Shown here piece after piece: positions 9,386-19,240 of a stretch of 64,000 nt of DNA (its first letter is position 1; every line of letters starts with the position of its first letter). A program made the position numbers and the translations under genes. Under the pieces are notes generated by a model. That model was not told the origin of the DNA. It saw nothing but the letters and a program-made list of their open reading frames with translations, and ran no database searches. Location: contig CAYGRO010000001.1 in NCBI GenBank assembly GCA_964352335.1, forward strand, positions 31,830 to 95,829, read 5' to 3'. The stretch comes from an uncultured Gammaproteobacteria bacterium (GTDB taxonomy: Bacteria > Patescibacteriota > Patescibacteriia > VMEV01 > CAYQCH01).

Positions 9386-9817
9386 TTAAGAAGCTGAAAT
9401 ATCTTTCATCCCTACAGGCATTTCATGCAATCCCATAACATTCTTTTCCGTATCCATAAAAACAGCTATCCACCCCATATCTTTCATGATTTCTGTTTTC
9501 GGCATGAGAACAGTTCCTCCATTCGCCTCAACTAGCTCCAATGTTTTTTCAATTGATTCTGAACTTACATAATTTGTAAATAATTGACCAGGATTAGCTC
9601 GCTTCATCATCCCACCATTCATAGCACCAGGAACTTTTGGTTTATTATTCTCGTCTACATCACATGTAAAGACACTGTAATATGGTGCACCACCTGTAGA
9701 GCTATCTGCTGGCATGTCCATTTTTTCTATTCGCCAATCAAAAATAGTTGTATAAAATTTTTGTGCTCTGTCGATATCATCAACAGGGATTTCAAAATGG
9801 ACCATTGGATTTTTCAT
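9386..9817 (-). CDS. VOC/glyoxalase-family protein
   Basis: VHFEIPVDD…KFY pattern. Confidence 0.6.
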   Translation of the reverse strand: MKNPMVHFEIPVDDIDRAQKFYTTIFDWRIEKMDMPADSSTGGAPYYSVFTCDVDENNKPKVPGAMNGGMMKRANPGQLFTNYVSSESIEKTLELVEANGGTVLMPKTEIMKDMGWIAVFMDTEKNVMGLHEMPVGMKDISAS

Positions 9818-9854
9818 ATTTTCTCTTAGTTATTTACTAATCAATAAACTCATT

Positions 9855-10103
9855 TTACTTACGATGCGAACACCCTGGCCAACAACAAGGACGCCGCTTC
9901 CCTTCTTCTAATTCCTCACAGGTCCTACGTATACGACGCTCTCGTGTTTTTTCTTGTTTCGCATCTTCTACCCAACAAATAAATTCATTTCGAGCTAGTG
10001 GAGTAATATCAAGCCAAGCTGCTTGCACGTTTTTATTACGTGCCAGAGCCTTTTTTAAGTCAGCTGGTAATTTATGAACAACTCCACTAGGTAAAACCGT
10101 CAT
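9855..10103 (-). CDS. YdeI/OmpD-associated family small protein
   Basis: Shows the sequence pattern conserved in this family (…WLDITPLARNEFICWV…). Confidence 0.5.
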   Translation of the reverse strand: MTVLPSGVVHKLPADLKKALARNKNVQAAWLDITPLARNEFICWVEDAKQEKTRERRIRRTCEELEEGKRRPCCWPGCSHRK

Positions 10104-10110
10104 ATAAATC

Positions 10111-10506
10111 CTAATTACTTACCAAAACTTTAAATCCTCCATAAGCCATCTTTTTACTCTCAAATGGCATGTTTTTCATAGGGTCTGGCTGATCTTTCCT
10201 CATCTCTTCCATTTCTTTTTGTACCTTTTTATTTACTTGGTTTCGATGTGTTTTTGATTCGTATTCAATATAGGAAAAAACAACAACTTCATCTTCTTTT
10301 AATTTTGTTAACTTTGGAAATGGCAAATAAGGAAACCCACCCATGTCTGGAGTGAGGTCATCTCCAACACATTCTCGATAAGACAATGCGCCATGTTTCA
10401 TCCAAGAATCATTACCTTGTTTAGCCATTTTTTTATAGGCTGCTAGGTTTTTCTTTTTGATCACCAGCACAAATGCGTCGATGTATTTCGTTTGTTTTTT
10501 GGGCAT
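10111..10506 (-). CDS. DUF1428-family protein
   Basis: The N-terminus YIDAFVLVIKKKNLAAYKKMAK matches the family pattern. Confidence 0.5.
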   Translation of the reverse strand: MPKKQTKYIDAFVLVIKKKNLAAYKKMAKQGNDSWMKHGALSYRECVGDDLTPDMGGFPYLPFPKLTKLKEDEVVVFSYIEYESKTHRNQVNKKVQKEMEEMRKDQPDPMKNMPFESKKMAYGGFKVLVSN

Positions 10507-10585
10507 ATAAGTTTAGTTATTTAAATTAGCTCTAAGTTGATTTTAGCAAAAGGTATCTACATTTTCTAGACACGAAAGAATAAAC

Positions 10586-11377
10586 CTAAAACTCCTCATC
10601 ATGTAACAAATGACTCAACTCACTTTGCTCAATATAGGTCATTATTCCATTCACAATTCCATAAACACTTTTCTCCGATTCTCTCGTGAGTAAACGCCTA
10701 TCTGCATTATTTGTTATAAACCCTGTTTCTAAAATGATACCAACTGTCATCGGATGTAAGGAATGTTCATATCTTCTCCAATTAAAAGCATAATAGCCTT
10801 TCATTCGATTAGAAATATTGGGGTCTTTTTTTAAACCAGTAGATGCTTCATAAGCTTGCTCCATTATTTCTGCAAATGTACTGGCTTTTCTTGTGAGATC
10901 ATACCAAGAACCAGAAGCTTTATAGCCAGTTTTTGTTTTATCAGTACTTCCATCTCCATGAATAGAAACAAAAAGATCTGCATAATATTCTGGAGGAATA
11001 ATTGCAGGAAGAATTTCTACCACCAATCCCTTTTCTTCTAAAAAAGGTTTTACTTGCTCAGCAAGCATCAAATTTACCTCTACTTCATCGACTCCACCAG
11101 CACTTGCTCCTGTATTTGTTGCTAAATTAGGAAATTCATCTGGAGCTTCTTCATGTTTCCAATGTCCAGCTTGTAAAGCAATGGTAATTGGGCCTTCCGG
11201 TCGTTCCCAATTCCGTAAACTGGCTAAATACTCATCCCATTCGGAAAGTGGTTCTTCTATTTTTTTTACATCCACTTCTTCTCCTTCTGTATGCAAAAAA
11301 ACGGAACCCGCATAGATAACCGTTGCAAATCCTAAAAAAGGAAAAATAAGCATTAAAAAAGCAAAAACTCGTTTCAT
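10586..11377 (-). CDS. N-acetylmuramoyl-L-alanine amidase (Amidase_3 family), secreted
   Basis: Signal peptide and family motifs (…HGDGS…, …ETGFITNNADRRLL). Confidence 0.75.
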   Translation of the reverse strand: MKRVFAFLMLIFPFLGFATVIYAGSVFLHTEGEEVDVKKIEEPLSEWDEYLASLRNWERPEGPITIALQAGHWKHEEAPDEFPNLATNTGASAGGVDEVEVNLMLAEQVKPFLEEKGLVVEILPAIIPPEYYADLFVSIHGDGSTDKTKTGYKASGSWYDLTRKASTFAEIMEQAYEASTGLKKDPNISNRMKGYYAFNWRRYEHSLHPMTVGIILETGFITNNADRRLLTRESEKSVYGIVNGIMTYIEQSELSHLLHDEEF

Positions 11378-11463
11378 AAAGACCGTTGTTTATATTTAGT
11401 TAATACAACATCTTTTAAATAGTCTTTCTACAAAACAATATCTGAAACGTATCGCCAATCTTT

Positions 11464-11778
11464 TTATTCAAATTTCACCGCTGTTCCATAGGCAAGCATT
11501 TCAGAAGCTCCAGCCATAATCATAGAAGTTGTAAAGCGCATGCTAATAATAGCATCAGCACCAAGTTCAATGGCATCATTGACCATCCGATTATATGCCT
11601 CATCACGAGCGCTGGTTGTCATATCGGTATAGGTTTTAACTTCTCCTCCAATAATGCTTTTTAATCCAGCACCAATATCTCTCCCAACATTTCTTGTTCG
11701 AACGGTATTTCCTTTTACAATACCTAAAACTTGTCTAATTTTTTTCCCAGGAATTTCTGTTGATGTTGTTATAATCAT
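11464..11778 (-). CDS. YbjQ/UPF0145-family protein
   Basis: MIITTSTEIPGKKIRQVLGIVKGN… matches YbjQ. The start was chosen at an internal Met; the longer ORF overlaps the upstream gene. Confidence 0.7.
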   Translation of the reverse strand: MIITTSTEIPGKKIRQVLGIVKGNTVRTRNVGRDIGAGLKSIIGGEVKTYTDMTTSARDEAYNRMVNDAIELGADAIISMRFTTSMIMAGASEMLAYGTAVKFE

Positions 11779-11788
11779 ACTTGTCCTA

Positions 11789-11980
11789 TTATTTTTTAAT
11801 TTGCTCAATATCGTCTTCTTTTTTATTGAAGAAAATGTATAAACCAAGAGCAATAAACAATAAAGCCCAAATGATTCCCCAAACACCACCTTCTTTAAGT
11901 GAAGAAAGTGATGCAAAAAAGATAGATACCCCAAAAAGGGTAATGACTGTTCCAGTAATAATGCGGCTAAGTGTATTCAT
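11789..11980 (-). CDS. Small two-transmembrane membrane protein
   Basis: 63 aa, hydrophobic. Confidence 0.5.
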   Translation of the reverse strand: MNTLSRIITGTVITLFGVSIFFASLSSLKEGGVWGIIWALLFIALGLYIFFNKKEDDIEQIKK

Positions 11981-12005
11981 GTATTTATACTAGCATTGTT
12001 ACCAT

Positions 12006-12746
12006 CTAGGGTCTAAATCTATCAATTAATCCTGCTTCAAAGTTAATTGTTGCACCATAACCTGAATCTAAAACAAAGGCTTCGAACTTTTTATCATACC
12101 CAGTAAAGATTGCTATTCCAACTAGCAAAATTAAAACGCCAAAGAGTTTTTTGAGTCGTTCAGCTCCAAGTGAATGGCTCATAACTTTACGGACAATCTG
12201 TTGACCAAGATAGGCAATAAGTAAGAGAGAAAAAGCTAATCCAATGGTAAATCCAGCAAGATAGATAAGACCAACACCAAAGCTTGCAGGCAGAACTGTT
12301 GCAATAATAAATAGATATGTCGGACTACAAGAAGTGAAGACTGGTCCAAGTGCCGCCCCCATTACAATATCTCCCCAAACGCTTTGCTTATCTCTCCCTT
12401 CTTTTAAGGCCTTATCACCTTTTCGACTTAAATAAGAAGCCAAAGGAATTCTCGCCCAAGCCGTGGGAAAAAGAATTGCTAATCCAACCAAGATAATCAT
12501 GGCCCCAGAAAAATAGGCCCAGAATGATTGAGGGATTGTAATAAACAAGGTAGTCGCTTTTAACAAAAGCGTAAAAACGATAACAGAAACTGAGAGTGAG
12601 AGAATCACAATAATCGCTCGCCTAGAGATCCCTTTTTCTTGTTTTCCTGGCTCGGATGAACCAATAACAATTGGAAGCAAGGGAAAAATACATGGAGCGA
12701 GAACCGTTAATACTCCCGCAAGAATAGAAATGAGAAAAAATGTCAT
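12006..12746 (-). CDS. ccdA: Cytochrome c-type biogenesis protein CcdA / DsbD-like thiol-disulfide transporter
   Basis: Multi-transmembrane protein with conserved Cys residues (LAPCIFP and FTSCSPT) typical of the DsbD_2/CcdA family. Confidence 0.75.
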   Translation of the reverse strand: MTFFLISILAGVLTVLAPCIFPLLPIVIGSSEPGKQEKGISRRAIIVILSLSVSVIVFTLLLKATTLFITIPQSFWAYFSGAMIILVGLAILFPTAWARIPLASYLSRKGDKALKEGRDKQSVWGDIVMGAALGPVFTSCSPTYLFIIATVLPASFGVGLIYLAGFTIGLAFSLLLIAYLGQQIVRKVMSHSLGAERLKKLFGVLILLVGIAIFTGYDKKFEAFVLDSGYGATINFEAGLIDRFRP

Positions 12747-12749
12747 AAT

Positions 12750-13406
12750 TTATTGGACTTCAGTAACAAAATCTTCAAGTGTTAAACTTCCGTTCCATTT
12801 TTTGATCAGATTCCCCTCACTATCAACCTGAACAAATGTATGTTGTGTTGTCACACCATATTTTTTCTTCAACTCTGTTTGTGTATCGTAATCCGTTTTT
12901 AAGATAGTCAAACCATTTGGAATTTTTGACATATTCGCTTCGATATCAGAATTTAATGCTCGACAAGAAGGACACCATGATGCATGGAAAAATAAAACAA
13001 CATCACCATTTTGCGCATTAGCCAGTTTTTGAGCTGCATATGGTTCATACGTTCCAGCTGTCATTACTTCTATCTCTGTCTTTTGAGATGTCTCTTGTTC
13101 TATAGTTATTTTTTCCATAACTTCTCCTGAATCATCCTTGATCATAGAATCATCTTTCATCATAGAGTCATCCATCGCTTTGTCAGAACCCTCTTCTACC
13201 ATAGAGTCTTCCATTGCTTTATTAGAACCCTCTTTCATCATAGAATCATCCATGACTTCACCAGATTTATCTTCCATCATTGTTGTTGATGTTCCTGTTA
13301 GAGATGTTTCTTGTTCTTTATTCTCTAAAGTATTTGATACAAAGAAAAAAGCGACAACCGCCACAAGAAGAACGATTATGATAATAAGTAGATTGTTTTT
13401 ATTCAT
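12750..13406 (-). CDS. Membrane-anchored thioredoxin-like protein (WCPSC) with an N-terminal Met/Asp-rich repeat region
   Basis: Transmembrane segment, then repeats (MEDKSGEVMDDSMMKEGSNKAMEDSMVEEGSDKAMDDSMMKDDSMIKDDSGEVM), then a thioredoxin fold with a CxxC motif. It is adjacent to ccdA. Confidence 0.75.
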   Translation of the reverse strand: MNKNNLLIIIIVLLVAVVAFFFVSNTLENKEQETSLTGTSTTMMEDKSGEVMDDSMMKEGSNKAMEDSMVEEGSDKAMDDSMMKDDSMIKDDSGEVMEKITIEQETSQKTEIEVMTAGTYEPYAAQKLANAQNGDVVLFFHASWCPSCRALNSDIEANMSKIPNGLTILKTDYDTQTELKKKYGVTTQHTFVQVDSEGNLIKKWNGSLTLEDFVTEVQ

Positions 13407-13690
13407 ACGGATTTTTTAAATGTTTTAATAATAGAAAAGATTGATTGAGCATATGGCGTCTTTAATGGAATATAACAAGTTGTATTCCCTACCTTTATCC
13501 CTTCAATCACCCCTCTTGCCGAAAGGTAACCTAACGATTGAGAGGCAGCTGGTTGAGAAATCTTTAAAGCCTCTGCAATTTGATTTACACAAAGATTTGT
13601 TTTCGCTTCCGAAAGCAAAATGAGAATCCCCATTCGATTGGGACTTGAAAGAATTTTCGCGATTTTCACATATTCATTAATGATAATCAT
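13403..13690 (-). CDS. ArsR/SmtB-family metalloregulatory HTH transcription factor
   Basis: HTH pattern …CVNQIAEALKISQPAASQSL… The gene overlaps the thioredoxin start by 4 nt, consistent with an operon. Confidence 0.7.
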   Translation of the reverse strand: MIIINEYVKIAKILSSPNRMGILILLSEAKTNLCVNQIAEALKISQPAASQSLGYLSARGVIEGIKVGNTTCYIPLKTPYAQSIFSIIKTFKKSV

Positions 13691-13819
13691 AGATAAAACA
13701 TATAAGAATATTCTAATATATTAATATAGCTATATTTTAATATACAGCCTCATAGACATTTTTATTTCAATCACTCTTAGAAGAACAGAATACAACTACC
13801 GAGTATAAAAAACACCTTT

Positions 13820-14170
13820 CTATTTCCTCAAAATCTTTTCCATGGCCTTCCCTTTTGCCAAATCATCTACGAGTTTATCTAAATAGCGAATCTCTCGCAT
13901 TGTTTTTTCTTTGATTTCTTCTATCCGCACTCCACAAATAACTCCTTTGATTAACTTCCTTTTGGGGTTCATTTTTGGAGCTTGTTTAAAAAATGTTTCA
14001 AAATCTATTTCTTTTTTAATTACAGCTTCCAGTTTTTTGGGCGTATACCCAGTAAGCCAGTGAATAATGGTATTCACCTCTTCTTTGGTGCGCCCTTTCT
14101 TTTCTGCTTTGGCAATATAATGCGGGTAGACACTAGCAAAGCTGGTTGTGTAAATGCGATGTTTGGGCAT
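13820..14170 (-). CDS. DUF2200-family protein
   Basis: N-terminus [32 protein letters not shown] matches the family. Confidence 0.5.
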   Translation of the reverse strand: MPKHRIYTTSFASVYPHYIAKAEKKGRTKEEVNTIIHWLTGYTPKKLEAVIKKEIDFETFFKQAPKMNPKRKLIKGVICGVRIEEIKEKTMREIRYLDKLVDDLAKGKAMEKILRK

Positions 14171-14271
14171 AGAATTCTATCGGTTAGGCTTTAATCATAT
14201 CAAAAATTTGTATATCACGTAAAAGAAATAATTAATCTCTTTATTCAAGATACCTGCTATACTTTATTCAT

Positions 14272-14583
14272 ATGATCTCACTAGAAACTTTGCGACAATT
14301 CCGTGTGCTTGATTATGCAGTATTTGATTTGGCTATCAGTTTTTTAGCTGCATGGATTTTATCTCCATTGCTCTCTTTTCTTTTTAGAAAAATAAAGATT
14401 GAAATCCCAAAACGGAATTGGATTATCTGGACATTACCAATTGCATTTATCGCGCATCTTATTGCAGGAACAAATACATTAATGACACAAAGGTTATTAG
14501 ACCCAAGTGGACATTACCTTTTGAAAATAGTGATTATTTTTTTAACCTTGCTTGGGTTTAAAGGAATAAAGAGAATGAAATAA
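14272..14583 (+). CDS. Small membrane protein, hypothetical
   Basis: 103 aa with three predicted transmembrane helices. Confidence 0.45.
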   Translation: MISLETLRQFRVLDYAVFDLAISFLAAWILSPLLSFLFRKIKIEIPKRNWIIWTLPIAFIAHLIAGTNTLMTQRLLDPSGHYLLKIVIIFLTLLGFKGIKRMK

Positions 14584-15306
14584 GTCGTTCTAATACAAAC
14601 GAAAACGCACCGCCAAAGCATTTACACCTAGTAGTACGAAAAAACTGTTATTACTCTCCCCTCCAAAAGCACAAAGTAGCTTCATAATTCCTCCTTGGAA
14701 TAAAAACAATGCAAAAAAAAATGCCCCAGATACAAGAAATGTCCTGGAGCGGTTTCAATCAAGGATTTCTCCTCTGTCGCTAGGTTGGATTTTCTCGCCT
14801 AGCAAATCCCTCTGCGCGTTTCTCTACCCTCTCCTTGATTAACAGAGCAAGAGAAATGTCGGACCGATCTACAGTCATCCTCTCGTGAAGAGTTGGGATG
14901 TGAGTATCCGAAGGGTTGCTGGTTTGAGGTATGTCATCATTTGACTCAAGGGGTTCCGATTCACTGGTCATTTATTCTCCTTCGTCAAGAAAAACTCTCA
15001 ACAGGAGACTCCAGAGCCCCCTCATTGTGGTTTCGATTATAGCCAATATCATAGAGCACCGAGTGCATCTATGTGAAGTCTAAGATAGTATGTAATATGC
15101 GCTTAACCTCGTCAACTCCCTCCACAAAAAACAGCTCTCGACGCAAGTATAAAATACTTACCAAGATACTTTTTCACAATCCATCAAAATACTCATCTAA
15201 TAGCTTTGATCGTTTTTTTACCTATTCCTTGCATAATTGTTTCTTGACTTTTTCTTAGCTAGGTGGTATCAACATTAGTCCTAAACCTGCTACTGAAAGG
15301 CAAAAA

Positions 15307-15738
15307 ATGGACAGCATTATTTACAACCTCTCCAGCAACGAATGGTACAACATCGAGTTCACCACTAACAAGGTAGACGAGTCGGACACTCGGCGAAAGC
15401 ACATGTTCAGGGTAGTCCTGATCATCACAACCATCCGACAATTTCTGGATGTCGGTATCCCCATGATCCAGAAGGCTATCGTCGATATGGGCATCGACGA
15501 CGGCGACGACTGGAACGAGATCGGAAAAAACCTGGTCTCGAAATTCGGTGAAACGTGCGAGCACGTCCTCGGGTTCTTCGATTCTCGAGAAACCGAGCCC
15601 GAAGCGATCAAAGAGGCACTGGAAAGCTTCAAGCTGAACCTGAACTGTGAAGACACTCGCGCAGTGACCTTCATGTTCCAGCCACAGCTCTACGCGGCAA
15701 TGAAGGAAGCGGTCGACTTAACGACCCCACACATCTAG
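15307..15738 (+). CDS. Hypothetical protein within a higher-GC patch
   Basis: A 143-aa ORF with local GC clearly above its surroundings. It is preceded by a ~700-nt stretch with no convincing ORF. Confidence 0.4.
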   Translation: MDSIIYNLSSNEWYNIEFTTNKVDESDTRRKHMFRVVLIITTIRQFLDVGIPMIQKAIVDMGIDDGDDWNEIGKNLVSKFGETCEHVLGFFDSRETEPEAIKEALESFKLNLNCEDTRAVTFMFQPQLYAAMKEAVDLTTPHI

Positions 15739-15933
15739 AACACCCGCGAGCCCCCACCATCTCACCATCAACCCTTCATCACTGACCTCCCTCAAGGACT
15801 TCAAGATGGGGGGTTAGTTTTTTTATATTGTTTGATGGAGAAAAAACATCTTAATCTTCATTAACACGATCGACGTCCACTTTTATTGGCTCTTAAATAT
15901 CTTAGACCAAGACTTAATTTTTACTAACTAGAA

Positions 15934-16569
15934 TCATTCTGGAAACACCACAGCCTCATCACCTTCATTCCATTGGTCATATTTTTTCATGACTTGTTTA
16001 AAACGAGCTGAGTTTTTAAACTCACTTAACCATCTCTGAACACCTGTATATTCAGTTGACTCAAACCATCCTATATCTACATGAGCAAACTGGCGAATAA
16101 AAGGTAAAAGCGCTAAGTCGGTAAAAGAAATTGTCTCTCCACCTAGATATTTATTTTTCGCTAATAGCGGTTCTAGTTTTTGTAATAATTTTTCCCCCTG
16201 CTCTCTATAATACTCCCTAGTCTGTTCTGGGTGACGATCATGATATTTATACTTATCGAGATATTTTTTAAATACACCATCATTTTCTTCGATCAATGCT
16301 TCATCTCGAAAAGGAAGACAAATACTGGGGTCAACCCATTGTTTAAAATGCGACATGATATCTATGCTTTGATCAATAATATGATCACTCTCTAGTACGA
16401 GCACAGGAACAGTTCCTTTTGGAGAAGCTTTATACAAAGCCTCTGGTCTTTCTCGCAAAACCACTTCTCGCAATTCTACTTTTTGCTCACTCAATGCAAT
16501 CATAAGCCGAGCCCTCATGGCATAGGGGCATCTGCGGAATGAATAAAGAATAGGATAATTGATAACCAT
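15934..16569 (-). CDS. Glutathione S-transferase / glutaredoxin-2-like protein
   Basis: GST N-terminal thioredoxin-like pattern (YSFRRCPYAMRARL…) and a GST C-terminal domain. Confidence 0.65.
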   Translation of the reverse strand: MVINYPILYSFRRCPYAMRARLMIALSEQKVELREVVLRERPEALYKASPKGTVPVLVLESDHIIDQSIDIMSHFKQWVDPSICLPFRDEALIEENDGVFKKYLDKYKYHDRHPEQTREYYREQGEKLLQKLEPLLAKNKYLGGETISFTDLALLPFIRQFAHVDIGWFESTEYTGVQRWLSEFKNSARFKQVMKKYDQWNEGDEAVVFPE

Positions 16570-16636
16570 AAGATAAATAGTTGAATACGGATAGGCTCAT
16601 GTTATAATACATGCATACAATTATTCAATAAAATCT

Positions 16637-17086
16637 ATGGGAACAATTCTTTTAGTAAGTTTATTAGGGGCTATCATTAGTGCAATCACGGGGACTCTTT
16701 GGTATTCAAATAAAACACCAATGGGTAAATGGCATATGCAATACCTTGGGTTTGATAAACTCTCTAAAGAAGAACAAGCAAAGAAGATTGAAGAAGCTAA
16801 ACCTAAAATGGCAAAAATCTATTCAGCTCAATTACTACTTTCGTTTCTTACATCATTCTTCATTGCTTTTGTAACAAGCTACACGGTTCAAAACGGAGCA
16901 CCAGCAACCGCAGTCTATTATTACATTCCCTTTATTTGGCTTGCTTTTACTGTCCCAATGATTGGACAAAACCTCTTATGGGGAGCGGCCGAAGGGAAAT
17001 TACTTTGGAAAAAGTTTTTCTCAGATAGTGCGTATAATCTTGTCACCTATTTGATTATCGCTTTTGTGGCGACGATGTTTTTTTAA
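16637..17086 (+). CDS. DUF1761-like membrane protein
   Basis: Four predicted transmembrane helices and a WYS…P motif. Confidence 0.4.
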   Translation: MGTILLVSLLGAIISAITGTLWYSNKTPMGKWHMQYLGFDKLSKEEQAKKIEEAKPKMAKIYSAQLLLSFLTSFFIAFVTSYTVQNGAPATAVYYYIPFIWLAFTVPMIGQNLLWGAAEGKLLWKKFFSDSAYNLVTYLIIAFVATMFF

Positions 17087-17463
17087 CTCTTTGCCTCCCC
17101 TTTTGTTAAAAAATCTATCAATACAGGAATATGAGATTTTTCTATCTCTTTTACTGAAGTTACAATTGTAAATTTTTTATTTGTGGCAAGCAAATCCGCT
17201 TTAACTTGTTTTTGTTTTGCTAGTTCGATTGTATATTTTTTACAAAATTCTTCGTACCGATTCCCCTTGTCTTCGTGATACCATTTTCGTAAATCATTTG
17301 ACGGGGTAAGCTCCTTTAACCAAAGATCAATACAAGCCTCTTCTTTAGAAATACCTCTCGGCCATAACCGATCAACTAAAACTCTTAATCCATCATTTTT
17401 TGATGAAGAATCATAGACTCGTTTTATCTGAGGGACGTCTTTTCTTTTAGTTGATTTATTCAT
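17083..17463 (-). CDS. DUF488-family protein
   Basis: …RVYDSSSKNDGLRVLVDRLWPRGISKE… matches DUF488. Confidence 0.6.
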   Translation of the reverse strand: MNKSTKRKDVPQIKRVYDSSSKNDGLRVLVDRLWPRGISKEEACIDLWLKELTPSNDLRKWYHEDKGNRYEEFCKKYTIELAKQKQVKADLLATNKKFTIVTSVKEIEKSHIPVLIDFLTKGEAKS

Positions 17464-17470
17464 AGTAGTT

Positions 17471-17824
17471 TTAAAAGAGCAAACTAAAACAAATCCGATA
17501 GATTGTATAGAAAAGAATTGAAAAAAGTGTGATCAAGAAGAAGTCCTTAAATACTTTGCTATAACTATCCCCTTTTTTTCTTCTACTAATCGCCGCCAAA
17601 ATACTTCCAATAGGAAATGTAAGAAGGTAATAATACGGAAGTGTAAATAATCCTAACTTAAACCCCGATAAGAATAGATCAAATTTTGAAAGGAATGGTG
17701 TAAATTCAGTTGCTCCGTAACTCAGAAAATATACACAAGACCCAAGACCTCCGTACGAGAGTACGCTAACAAGGAGAACTAACCCTGCAGCTGAGAAATT
17801 TTGAAATGTTTCTTCGTTCATCAT
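17471..17824 (-). CDS. Membrane protein, hypothetical
   Basis: 117 aa with four predicted transmembrane helices. Confidence 0.45.
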   Translation of the reverse strand: MMNEETFQNFSAAGLVLLVSVLSYGGLGSCVYFLSYGATEFTPFLSKFDLFLSGFKLGLFTLPYYYLLTFPIGSILAAISRRKKGDSYSKVFKDFFLITLFSILFYTIYRICFSLLF

Positions 17825-17967
17825 ATGTAGATCATATCACATTTTTGCCATAAAAATTATCAACCGATAAAAACACTTTTTGTGGAAAGCAGTGTTTTTT
17901 AGTTATTAATATCAGTTGACTCTATTAAATTTTGTTGTTACCTTGATATGAAACAAAAAGGAAAAAA

Positions 17968-18675
17968 ATGAATACAACCGAACTTCGTTGGTCTACTTTC
18001 GAACAAAACGTTATCAACCAAGCTAGGGAGATGATATCTGATAACCTAGAGGATAAAACCGTCATCCCCCCTGACTCAAGAATTCACATACTCTCACCTG
18101 GAGAGTTCAACAATACAGTCATCAAGCCTGAACAACGTGGGTATGTAGATGCAATTGTAAGCAAAGAGCATCTCTACATTAAACGAACAAGAACAAAGTC
18201 TCGTTTTATCCAACTCTTCTCGCATGAACTCCTTCACTTCGTTTCATTTTTAGGCCCTGGAAAAGTAGGAATGAATCGTATCGTTGGCTCGCATCGATAC
18301 TTCGAAGGCTTCGATGAGGCCGTGACGGAGCTGTTTGCGATTAACTTTCGTCAGCTACTGGCCAGGCGTATCAGTGCTCACCACATGACACAACGAGCCT
18401 TGAGAGACACGCATGCTTATGTCCCCGCAATCCTTCTTGTAAAAGCTCTTATTGCAAGGTCAGACAAAGAAGGAACGAAGCAGATTCCACACAGGCTCTA
18501 TCGTGACTACATTGAAGGAACTCAGCATGTCCTAGCTTCCTTCAACTATCACATACCTGGATCCTGGCAAGCCCTCAAACATATGGGCAAGTCAGATGAA
18601 GAAGCTACCCGTGTCGCAACAGAGCTCGGCCTCAATGAAGTGCTTGAAGAACTTATGCTCATCAGGACAAACTGA
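17968..18675 (+). CDS. Hypothetical HExxH-motif protein (putative zinc metallopeptidase-like) in a moderately GC-enriched patch
   Basis: HELLH motif; GC of about 46%, above flanking DNA. Confidence 0.45.
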   Translation: MNTTELRWSTFEQNVINQAREMISDNLEDKTVIPPDSRIHILSPGEFNNTVIKPEQRGYVDAIVSKEHLYIKRTRTKSRFIQLFSHELLHFVSFLGPGKVGMNRIVGSHRYFEGFDEAVTELFAINFRQLLARRISAHHMTQRALRDTHAYVPAILLVKALIARSDKEGTKQIPHRLYRDYIEGTQHVLASFNYHIPGSWQALKHMGKSDEEATRVATELGLNEVLEELMLIRTN

Positions 18676-18810
18676 GTCGCCTCAACCGCCACAAGAGAAT
18701 CGCTTCGGCGACTCATTCTCTGAGGCGGTTTTCTAATACAAAAAAACACCGTTTTTACACGATGATCTTTTGGCTCGGTTTCAGCTCTTTGAACCTTCTT
18801 TTGCAGACAA

Positions 18811-18984
18811 TCAGGTATTGGTTTCGGTTTTCTTGGTAGGAATGAAATAAATAAACCAAACACCCCAAACCAACCAGGCGGCATCAAGAATGTCAGCGTC
18901 AGACTGCAGTAGTTCTCGGACTCCGATTAGGAGAAAGAATCCCAAAAACCCTAAATACCATTGTTCACGTCTTTGCTTCTTCAT
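18811..18984 (-). CDS. Small membrane protein (57 aa), PLD-nuclease-N-like
   Basis: MKKQRREQWYLGFLGFFLLIGVRELLQSDADILDAAWLVWGVWFIYFIPTKK. This ORF was found by eye and is absent from the ORF track because it is under 60 aa. Confidence 0.35.
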   Translation of the reverse strand: MKKQRREQWYLGFLGFFLLIGVRELLQSDADILDAAWLVWGVWFIYFIPTKKTETNT

Positions 18985-19120
18985 ATAAGTAGTTTGTAAT
19001 GATGAAATAATCTCTTATATCTAAGTATATTTGAAAAACATCTATAAAACAAAGCACCCGATCGAAATCGGGAGCTTTGGATATTCGTACGCTCTCTGAG
19101 CGCTCGAACTGATTTGCTTT

Positions 19121-19144
19121 TGGCTCCGAGGGTGGGACTCGAAC
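19121..19144 (-). repeat. Inverted partial copy of the tRNA-Asn 3' end (T-arm plus acceptor: GTTCGAGTCCCACCCTCGGAGCCA)
   Basis: A 22/24-nt match to positions 19961-19984, on the opposite strand, 160 bp upstream of the tRNA gene. Confidence 0.7.
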
Positions 19145-19211
19145 TTAATTTTTTTAAAAACTATACGCCAATTTTAAAGAAAAACCCAAAAAATAAGTAA
19201 GCTCCACCCTA

Positions 19212-19240
19212 TTGCATCCAAGACCACCTTATGATATAGT
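19212..19240 (+). promoter_or_regulatory. Candidate sigma70-type promoter for tRNA-Asn (TTGCAT-17-TATAGT)
   Basis: Hexamers with a 17-nt spacer lie about 60 nt upstream of the tRNA 5' end. Confidence 0.35.
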
